NCBI GenBank assembly: GCA_031404815.1
Contig: JANNIH010000154.1
Coordinates: 2,091 to 66,090, forward strand
DNA: 64,000 nucleotides
DNA from: Holophagales bacterium
Lineage (GTDB): Bacteria > Acidobacteriota > Thermoanaerobaculia > Multivoradales > UBA5704
Direction of reading: 5' to 3'
Positions 57,045 through 64,000 of this stretch are shown one piece after another. The notes beneath the pieces are model-generated. The model did not search any database, was not told the DNA's origin, and saw nothing but the letters and a program-made list of their open reading frames with translations. Position 1 is the stretch's first letter, and each line of letters starts with the position of its first letter. Position numbers and translations under genes: made by a program.

Positions 57045-60000
57045 TTAAGGCGTGATCGTGCAGCTGATGAAGTTATCGCCACTAATGGCGTCGGTTCCGT
57101 TGCCAGCAGGGTTGTCGGCGGTCACCTTCGCTGCGGCGTTCGCCCCAGTTGTGGGAGACGGCGCCAAACCGACGATGCCGAACTCGTTCGTGGCGGCTAC
57201 GGTTCCCTGCTTGCGGACGCCCATGCCCTGGTTCACGCCGCTACCAGCGCTTGCGTTGCCCGTCATGAGGAGGCATAGCGTTACGTCACCAGCGGCGCTC
57301 CCGGAGTCGATCCGGATGCCATTGCGGTTCGCCAGCGACGGGGCGCCGACCGTGTTGTTCTGAATTGTCACGTCCATCTTTCCCAAAGAGGCCCTAGCGA
57401 TGGCTCGGATTCCGTTGCCCTCGTAGCCGCTTACGCTGTTATTAGTGATGACGACGTTGTAGTCGGCGGAACTCGTTCCCAAACCCGCCGGCCCGTCGTC
57501 GATCTGCACCGCCATGCCTTGGGTACCGGCCGCCAAGGTCTGAAGGGCATTGATCACATTGTTGTTGATGGTCGTCGTGCCTGTGACGCTGCCGCCCATG
57601 AACACGCTGATTCCTTGCCCCTGGATGTGCGTGATCGGCGTCCCAACCGTTCCGTTGCCGGTGATCGAGAAATTGCTCACCCCGACCTGCCCATTGAACG
57701 ACGCCCGGATCGCGTTGCTGCCCATCTTCGAGGCCAGCGTGCCGGCGATCGCGTTGCCGCTGATCGTTATGGGCGTGCCGTTGGCACCCAAGGTGCTCGA
57801 AGTCACATTCGCGGCGTTCCCGGAACCTCCCGCGATCAAGATTCCTTCACCGCTAGGAAAATTGCTGATCGCGTTATTACTGATCGCGCCAGTGGTAATA
57901 TGCGCGCTGGTGGCCGCCGAACCCTGGGCGAAGATGTGAATCCCGTTGCCCAGCGAACTCGCTGCGGACGTCGAACTCGAGATGCTGTTCGAGGAGATCG
58001 TCAGGTTGGCGATCGTGCCGCTGCCGTTCTCGATGCCGATGCCGTGCCGTCGGGGGTTCGTGATTGTGTTGCCGGTGATCGACACCGTACCCATGAGGGT
58101 GGTGGTAGTGAAGGTGCCGCCGTCGTTGAAGGCGATACCACTCTCGTTGTATTGGCCTAATGCGGCGGTACCGACGTTGGTGATCGAGCCGTTGGCAAAG
58201 GTGAAGTTCGTGACCCCTGTGCCAAAAACGCCGTTCTGTCCAATGTTGCTCAGGTTCATCGCCGTAAACGAGGGATCGCGCGTGCTGGTGAGCGAGATGG
58301 CGTGGCCGGTGGAGTTCTGAATCGTCCCGCCCGTTCCCGCACCGCCCGTTCCGGTCACGGTCAAGCCGGCTGTCGCGCCTGTGTTGTTGAGCACGATGCC
58401 GCTCGAAGCGCCGTTGGCCGCGATGGACCGGAAAGTAAGTCCACTCGCGCCGATCGTCGTGTTCGCCACATTGAGCGCGGTGCCCGTTGTGGTCGCCAGT
58501 GTGTTGGCCGCGCCCGTCACGCTGACCGTGCCGCCGCCCGTCGCGGTGAAGGCCGGGCTCGCGCCCGTGCTTGCCGTGAGGCCACCGGTGAAGTTGATCG
58601 TGGCGCCCGTGTTGGTGGTCAAGGAGATTCCACTGCCGTTCGTGTCGCTGACCGCGCCGGAGAACAACACCGTGTCGCCGGTCCGGCCGGTCACCACGAC
58701 CGAGTTGCCCGAGTTATTGGTCACCGGGATTCCGATCGTGATGTTGCCGTTGCCGCCGCTGATGTTGACTGCGGTTCCCGACGCGCCGCCTGGATCGTTG
58801 ATATTGCCGGAGCTCGCCGAGAAGGCCGTCGAACCGACGCCGCCGAACGCATTGACCAGACTGAGCCCCGTGGTCGGCGAGTTGATCGAGCGGTAGAAGT
58901 TGATCGGCAGGCTGACCGAGGAGTTGTTGATATCGATCGCCGGACCGCTGTTCGAATCGAGGGTCGAGACCCCTGCGCCGACCGCGATGCGGAAGCCGGT
59001 GCCGGCACCCGCGTTGAGCGCACCGGTCGAGGTGACCCGAAGGCCGGCACCGTTGTCATTGAAGATGTCGAGGTCGGTGAACGATAGGTCGCCGACCACG
59101 CTGGTCAACAGGATGCCGTTCGTGCTCACCCCATTGCCCGACTGGCCGACCACGGTGACGCCGCCCGCCACCTGGTTGATCGGTACGCCCGGTACCGCAT
59201 CGAAGGTGACGCCCGTGATCTCGATGCCCGAACCGCCGGTGTTGCCGGTGACCACGTTGTCGTCGAACGCCGTGATGTTGACGATGCCCGCCGTGCGCAC
59301 GATATCGATGCCGCGCACGTTCGCGGTGATCGTGTTGTCGTGGATCGACAGGTTCAGCGTGCCGGTGCCGGCGGCGTTGACATCGATCCCCTCGAGGTTG
59401 GTGGTGGCGCGGATGATGTTGTCGCGAATCTCGAGCGAGCCCGAGCCCGCGAAGGCGCCGGCCGTCGTGAGATCGATTCCGTTCGTGTTGCCCGCGAGGT
59501 TCAAGCCGACGATCTCGATCGGGATCGCGTCGGTCGCGCCTACGGCGTTGCCGCCGACATCGACATCGTCGAGCATCGGTCGGGTGCCCGCCGCGCGCAG
59601 CAGCGTTGGGTTCGGCCCGCCGTTTACCGCGACCGGCAGGGTCAGCTGGACCCCTTCACCGATCAGGCGCTGCGTGTTCTTGAGCACGATCCCGTTCGCC
59701 TGGCCGGTGGTGGTCCCACTGCCGTTGTGGACGTAGATCGTGTCTCCGGCGACCGAGGCCGTCTCGGCTTCGACCAGGGTGTCGAACGGATCGGCCGAGC
59801 GGCCGAGACCGCCGGCGGCCTGGTCGTTCTTGACATACCAGACGCGGCCGAAGCGGGTGAGCGTCACCGTACCCGTGGCGCTCGCCGGTGCGGGGACGCC
59901 GGTGTCGGAGATCACGTAGGTAAAGGTCTCGGTGGCACCCGCGTCACCCGGTGCCGGCACGAACGTGAACCGGCCGTTCGCATCGAGGTTGACCGTCCCG

Positions 60001-63000
60001 ACCGCGGCGTCCGTGCAGTCGAACGGCGCGCTGCTGTCCGTGCAGGCGCCGACCGTCAGCGAGGTGACCGCGATCGGATCGCCTTCGACCGGATCGGAGT
60101 CGTTGTTGAGCAAGCCGAACGTCAAGCCGGTGGTGACCAGGACGTGCGGCGTCGCGACCACTCCTTGATCGACCCGCAGCTCCGTGTTGCCGATGAAATC
60201 GAACGCGTCGGCGCCCGCGACCGGCGGATCGTTCACGCAGTTCACGAGAACCGAGACCGTCGTCGAAGAACTCCCCGGCGTGAGGGTATAGGTGAAGGTG
60301 TTGGGCGTCGTGCCCGGCGGGTTGTTGCAGTAGTTCAGGTTTGGGGCATAGGTCAGCCCCGTGCCGCCGCCCGTGATCACCACCGTGCCGTTGGCCGGCT
60401 GGGTTACCGACGCGACGCTCTTCGGACCGGCGTCGATGTCGGTGTCGTTGGCCAACACGTTGATCGCGTTGGAGCCCGAGTCTTCGTTCACCGTCGCGGC
60501 GTCAGCCACCGCGACCGGCGGATCGTCCACACAGGTGACCGTCATCGTTACTGTCGTCGAGGAACTACCCGGCGTCAGGGTATAGGTGAAGGTGTCGAGC
60601 GTCGTACCCGGCGGGTTGTTGCAGTAGTTCGCGTTCGGCGCGTAGGTCAGGCCCGTGCCGCCGCCCGTGATCACCACCGCGCCGTTCGCGGGCTGCGTCA
60701 CCGAGGCGACGCTCTTCGGACCGGCGTCGACGTCGGTGTCGTTGGCCAAGACGTTTACCGCGTTGGCGCCCGAGTCTTCGACCACGGTCGCCGCGTCGGC
60801 CACCGCTAGGGGCGAGTCGTCCACGCAGGTGACGGTCATCGTCACCGTCGTCGAAGAGCTTCCCGGCGCCAGGGTGTAAGTGAAGGTGTCGAGCGTCGTG
60901 CCCGGCGGGTTGTTGCAGTAGTTCGCATTCGGAGCGTAGGTCAACCCCGTGCCACCACCCGTGATCACCACCGCGCCGTTGGCCGGCTGCGTCACCGACG
61001 CGATCGAGATCGCGCCGCCGTCGACATCGGTGTCGTTCGCCAGCACGTTGACCGCGTTGGCACCCGAGTCCTCGACCACGGTCGCCGCATCGGCCACCGC
61101 TAGGGGCGAGTCGTCGACACAGGTGACGGTCATCGTCACCGTCGTCGAAGAGCTTCCCGGCGTCAGGGTATAGGTGAAGGTGTCGAGCGTCGTCCCCGGC
61201 GGGTTGTTGCAGTAGTTCGCACTCGGCGCATAGGTCAGACCCGTGCCGCCGCCCGTGATGACCACCGCGCCGTTGGCCGGCTGAGTCACCGAGGCGACGC
61301 TCTTCGGGCCGCCGTCGATGTCGGTGTCGTTCGCCAGAACGTTCACCGCGTTGGCGCCCGAGTCTTCATTCACCGTCGCCGCGTCGGCCACGGCCACCGG
61401 AGCGTCATCGACGCAGGTGACGGTCATCGTCACCGTCGTCGAGGAACTGCCCGGCGTCAGGGTGTAGGTGAAGGTGTCGAGCGTCGTACCCGGCGGTTGG
61501 TTGCAGTAGTTCGCGTTGGGCGCGTAGGTCAACCCGGTGCCGCCGCCCGTGATCACCACCGCGCCGTTCGCCGGTTGGGTCACCGAGGCGACGCTCGTTG
61601 GGCCGCCGTCGACGTCCGTGTCGTTGGCCAGCACGTTGACGGCGTTGGCGCCCGAGTCCTCTACAACCGTCGCCGCGTCCGCCACGGCCACCGGGTTGTC
61701 ATCGACGCAAGTGACCGTCATCGTCACCGTCGTCGAGCTGCTACCCGGCGTCAGGGTGTAGGTGAAGATGTCGAGCGTCGTGCCAGGAGGTGTGTTGCAG
61801 TAGTTCGCGTTGGGCGCGTAGGTCAGACCCGTGCCGCCGCCCGTGATCACCACCGCGCCGTTGGCCGGCTGGGTCACCGAGGCGACACTCTTCGGACCGC
61901 CGTCTGGGTCGGTATCGTTGGCCAGGACGTTGACCGCGTTGGCGCCCGAATCTTCCACCACCGTCGCCGCGTCGGCCACCGCTACCGGGTTGTCATCGGC
62001 ACAGGTGACCGTCATCGTCACCGTCGTTGAGCTGCCGCCCGGAGTCAGGGTGTAGGTGAAGGTATCGAGCGTCGTCCCCGGCGGTTGGTTGCAGTAGTTC
62101 GCGTTCGGCGCATAGGTCAGACCCGTGCCGCCGCCGGTGATCACCACCGTGCCGTTGGTCGGCTGCGTCACCGAGCCGACGCTCTTCGGACCGCCGTCGA
62201 CGTCGGTGTCGTTGGCCAGGACGTTGACCGCGTTGGCACCCGAGTCTTCATTCACCGTCGCTGCATCGGCCACCGCAACCGGCGGAGAGTCCACCGCAAC
62301 CACGGTCACCGTCGAAACCGCCGTATTGCTGTTCACGGCACCGTCGTTCGCAACGAAGTTGATGACCCTTGGCGTCGTGTCAGGGTCGTTGTCTGTGTTC
62401 AGATACCGCACCTTGCGGAGCACCGTCTGGAAGTTTGCCACCGTGTCGGGGCCCGTGAGGGTGAGAGTGCCGGTGCCGGGAGCGCCTGGGACCGTCACGT
62501 AGCCGGCGACGATGGAGGTCCCGGTCGTGTCCGCCGTCAGCGTCTCGAAGCCGGTGTCGAAGAGGTTGGTGATCGTCACCGTCAGCGAAGCCAGGTTGGC
62601 GTTGTCCACGTCGGTCACGGTCGCGTCGAGCGGGTCCTCGATGAGCGTGGCGCCATTCCCTTCCGTAAAGGTGACCGCGAAATTGGCGCCCGGCGTTCCC
62701 TGATCGTCGTTCGCGTCGAGGTCCAAGACCGGCGCATCGTTCAGACAGCTCACGGTCACCGTCACGCTCGCCACCGAGCCCCCCGGGGTCAGGGTGTAGG
62801 TGAAGGTGTCGAGCGTCGTGCCCGGCGGCTGGTTGCAATAGTTCGCGTTCGGAGCGTAGGTCAATCCCGTGCCGCCCCCGGTAATCACCACGGCGCCGTT
62901 GGCCGGCTGCGTCACCGCGCCGACGAGCTTCGGCCCGCCGTCGAGGTCCGGGTCGTTGGCCAGCACGGGGATCGCGTTGGCGCCCGAGTCCTCTGCGACC

Positions 63001-64000
63001 GTCGCGGCATCGCTGACCGCGGTCGGCGGGTCGTCGACGCAGTTGACCGTCATCGTTACCGTCGTCGAGCTGCTACCCGGCGTCAGGGTATAAGTGAAGG
63101 TGTCGAGCGTCGTGCCCGGCGGGTTGTTGCAGTAGTTTGCGTTCGGCGCATAGGTGAGGCCCGTGCCGCCGCCAGTGATCACCACCGCGCCGTTGCCCGG
63201 CTGCGTCACCGACCCCACGCTCTTCGGGCCGGCATCAATGTCCGTGTCGTTGGCCAGGACGTTGACCGCGTTGGCGCCCGAGTCTTCGTTCACCGTCGCC
63301 GCGTCCGCCACAGCTACGGGGTTGTCATCGACGCAGGTGACCGTCACCGTCACCGTCGTCGAGCTGCCGCCCGGCGTCAGGGTATAGGTGAAGGTGTCGA
63401 GCGTCGTGCCCGGCGGGGTGTTGCAATAGTTCGCGTTCGGCGCATAGGTCAGACCCGTGCCGCCGCCAGTGATCACCACCGCGCCGTTGCCCGGTTGCGT
63501 CACCGAGGTGATCGAGATCGCGCCGCCGTCGGTGTCGGTGTCGTTGGCCAGCACGTTGACCGCCGTCGCCGCCGCATCCTCGGCAACCGTCGCCGTGTCC
63601 GCCACCGCCACCGGCGCGTCGTCGACGCAGGTCACCGTCATCGTCACGGTCGTCGAACTACCGCCCGGCGCGAGCGTGTAGGTGAAGGTGTCGAGCGTCG
63701 TGCCAGGCGGATTGTTGCAGTAGTTCGCGTTCGGCGTGTAGGTGACGCCGGTGCCGCCACCGGTGATCGCTACCGCACCGTTCAGGGCATTGGTCACCGA
63801 GGCCACTGAAATCGCCCCGCCGTCAAGGTCGGTGTCGTTCGCCAGCACGTTGACCGCGTTGGCGCCCGAGTCTTCGACCACCGTCGCCGCGTCCGCCACC
63901 GCCACCGGCGCATCGTCCACACAGGTCACCGTCATCGTCACCGTCGCCGACGAGCTGCCGGGCGTCAGGGTGTAGGTGAAGGTGTCGAGCGTCGTACCGG
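57045..64000 (-). CDS. Giant adhesin-like protein (more than 2300 aa, N-terminus beyond window end). At least 12 tandem ~98-aa Cys-containing cadherin-like/VCBS/tandem-95-like repeats plus a C-terminal parallel beta-helix region.
   Basis: Repeat unit VDDxPVAVADAATVxEDSGANAVNVLANDTDxDGGxxSVxSVTQPxNGAVVITGGGTGLTYAPNANYCNxPPGTTLDTFTYTLTPGSSSTTVTMTVTC. Frame open to position 64000. Stop at 57045. Confidence 0.8.
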   Translation of the reverse strand, partial: GTTLDTFTYTLTPGSSSATVTMTVTCVDDAPVAVADAATVVEDSGANAVNVLANDTDLDGGAISVASVTNALNGAVAITGGGTGVTYTPNANYCNNPPGTTLDTFTYTLAPGGSSTTVTMTVTCVDDAPVAVADTATVAEDAAATAVNVLANDTDTDGGAISITSVTQPGNGAVVITGGGTGLTYAPNANYCNTPPGTTLDTFTYTLTPGGSSTTVTVTVTCVDDNPVAVADAATVNEDSGANAVNVLANDTDIDAGPKSVGSVTQPGNGAVVITGGGTGLTYAPNANYCNNPPGTTLDTFTYTLTPGSSSTTVTMTVNCVDDPPTAVSDAATVAEDSGANAIPVLANDPDLDGGPKLVGAVTQPANGAVVITGGGTGLTYAPNANYCNQPPGTTLDTFTYTLTPGGSVASVTVTVSCLNDAPVLDLDANDDQGTPGANFAVTFTEGNGATLIEDPLDATVTDVDNANLASLTVTITNLFDTGFETLTADTTGTSIVAGYVTVPGAPGTGTLTLTGPDTVANFQTVLRKVRYLNTDNDPDTTPRVINFVANDGAVNSNTAVSTVTVVAVDSPPVAVADAATVNEDSGANAVNVLANDTDVDGGPKSVGSVTQPTNGTVVITGGGTGLTYAPNANYCNQPPGTTLDTFTYTLTPGGSSTTVTMTVTCADDNPVAVADAATVVEDSGANAVNVLANDTDPDGGPKSVASVTQPANGAVVITGGGTGLTYAPNANYCNTPPGTTLDIFTYTLTPGSSSTTVTMTVTCVDDNPVAVADAATVVEDSGANAVNVLANDTDVDGGPTSVASVTQPANGAVVITGGGTGLTYAPNANYCNQPPGTTLDTFTYTLTPGSSSTTVTMTVTCVDDAPVAVADAATVNEDSGANAVNVLANDTDIDGGPKSVASVTQPANGAVVITGGGTGLTYAPSANYCNNPPGTTLDTFTYTLTPGSSSTTVTMTVTCVDDSPLAVADAATVVEDSGANAVNVLANDTDVDGGAISIASVTQPANGAVVITGGGTGLTYAPNANYCNNPPGTTLDTFTYTLAPGSSSTTVTMTVTCVDDSPLAVADAATVVEDSGANAVNVLANDTDVDAGPKSVASVTQPANGAVVITGGGTGLTYAPNANYCNNPPGTTLDTFTYTLTPGSSSTTVTMTVTCVDDPPVAVADAATVNEDSGSNAINVLANDTDIDAGPKSVASVTQPANGTVVITGGGTGLTYAPNLNYCNNPPGTTPNTFTYTLTPGSSSTTVSVLVNCVNDPPVAGADAFDFIGNTELRVDQGVVATPHVLVTTGLTFGLLNNDSDPVEGDPIAVTSLTVGACTDSSAPFDCTDAAVGTVNLDANGRFTFVPAPGDAGATETFTYVISDTGVPAPASATGTVTLTRFGRVWYVKNDQAAGGLGRSADPFDTLVEAETASVAGDTIYVHNGSGTTTGQANGIVLKNTQRLIGEGVQLTLPVAVNGGPNPTLLRAAGTRPMLDDVDVGGNAVGATDAIPIEIVGLNLAGNTNGIDLTTAGAFAGSGSLEIRDNIIRATTNLEGIDVNAAGTGTLNLSIHDNTITANVRGIDIVRTAGIVNITAFDDNVVTGNTGGSGIEITGVTFDAVPGVPINQVAGGVTVVGQSGNGVSTNGILLTSVVGDLSFTDLDIFNDNGAGLRVTSTGALNAGAGTGFRIAVGAGVSTLDSNSGPAIDINNSSVSLPINFYRSINSPTTGLSLVNAFGGVGSTAFSASSGNINDPGGASGTAVNISGGNGNITIGIPVTNNSGNSVVVTGRTGDTVLFSGAVSDTNGSGISLTTNTGATINFTGGLTASTGASPAFTATGGGTVSVTGAANTLATTTGTALNVANTTIGASGLTFRSIAANGASSGIVLNNTGATAGLTVTGTGGAGTGGTIQNSTGHAISLTSTRDPSFTAMNLSNIGQNGVFGTGVTNFTFANGSITNVGTAALGQYNESGIAFNDGGTFTTTTLMGTVSITGNTITNPRRHGIGIENGSGTIANLTISSNSISSSTSAASSLGNGIHIFAQGSAATSAHITTGAISNNAISNFPSGEGILIAGGSGNAANVTSSTLGANGTPITISGNAIAGTLASKMGSNAIRASFNGQVGVSNFSITGNGTVGTPITHIQGQGISVFMGGSVTGTTTINNNVINALQTLAAGTQGMAVQIDDGPAGLGTSSADYNVVITNNSVSGYEGNGIRAIARASLGKMDVTIQNNTVGAPSLANRNGIRIDSGSAAGDVTLCLLMTGNASAGSGVNQGMGVRKQGTVAATNEFGIVGLAPSPTTGANAAAKVTADNPAGNGTDAISGDNFISCTITP
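60170..64000. repeat. Near-identical 294-bp tandem DNA repeats (12 or more copies), interrupted at ~62270-62860 by a distinct ~190-aa module
   Basis: Conserved reverse-frame ORF-track peptides (MPPPVITTxPLAGxVT…) recur at 60361, 60655, 60949, 61537, 61831, 62125, 62869, 63163, 63457, 63751. Confidence 0.8.

Noticed and set aside
62085-63809. 574-aa plus-strand ORF, and many 74-aa plus-strand ORFs, antisense to the giant repeat gene
   Set aside because: Periodic antisense frames generated by the 294-bp repeats. The minus-strand frame is uninterrupted for more than 6.9 kb with coherent domain content.

Overview
High-GC (~68-70%) bacterial chromosomal segment. The Asp-box/sortilin-like paralogs, the many ECF sigma/anti-sigma pairs and the PEP-CTERM-like tail suggest an Acidobacteria/Gemmatimonadetes-like organism. 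It is a mosaic of core and accessory DNA; all coordinates are 1-based on the given strand. The window opens with a YciI-like protein and an ECF sigma gene that runs off the window start. Three ~1050-1090 aa secreted Asp-box/BNR sortilin-like beta-propeller paralogs lie at 1314-4568 (+), 44730-47858 (-) and 48921-52199 (+), and a frameshifted 3-prime remnant of a fourth sits at 6371-6487. Four type II toxin-antitoxin modules, VapBC, BrnTA, VapBC with a shortened VapC, and MazEF, each carry a palindromic or direct-repeat operator. A minus-strand biosynthetic operon reads radical-SAM MqnE/C-like, deoxynucleoside kinase, panB, panC, panD, thiG. It lies between two identical tRNA-Arg(ACG) genes in inverted orientation (8706-8782 - and 16080-16156 +) that also share ~60 bp of upstream sequence. 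Beside the second tRNA is a lower-GC (~56%) BsuBI/PstI-family type II restriction-modification pair. A six-gene minus-strand operon encodes an ECF sigma, an 896-aa anti-sigma (zf-HC2 + FecR + large unknown C-terminal domain) and two ABC-2 exporter pairs. Divergent from that sigma is a candidate accessory module: a membrane protein, two tandem Uma2 (DUF820) endonucleases and a ~50% GC protein with an N-terminal HNH-like nuclease motif. Other blocks include a putative lipid-carrier-linked glycosylation cluster (ArnC/GtrB-like GT2 + F420H2-dehydrogenase-beta-like + hypothetical + GT-C membrane glycosyltransferase). There is also a segmental duplication remnant (cupin gene plus the tail of a CPBP protease with a C-terminal sorting-signal-like tail) and a second ECF sigma/NrsF-like pair. 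The window ends with three tandem phage-tail-collar (MdpB-like) paralogs just downstream of a giant (>2300 aa, runs off window end) adhesin-like protein made of ~98-aa Cys-containing tandem repeats (294-bp DNA repeats) plus a parallel beta-helix region. Two unexplained non-coding repeat regions stand out: an array of CCGAATTCGG-core palindromes (7262-7640) and an ~850-bp tract of 21-bp periodic repeats with dyad symmetry (31930-32784). No CRISPR array, integrase or transposase was recognised.
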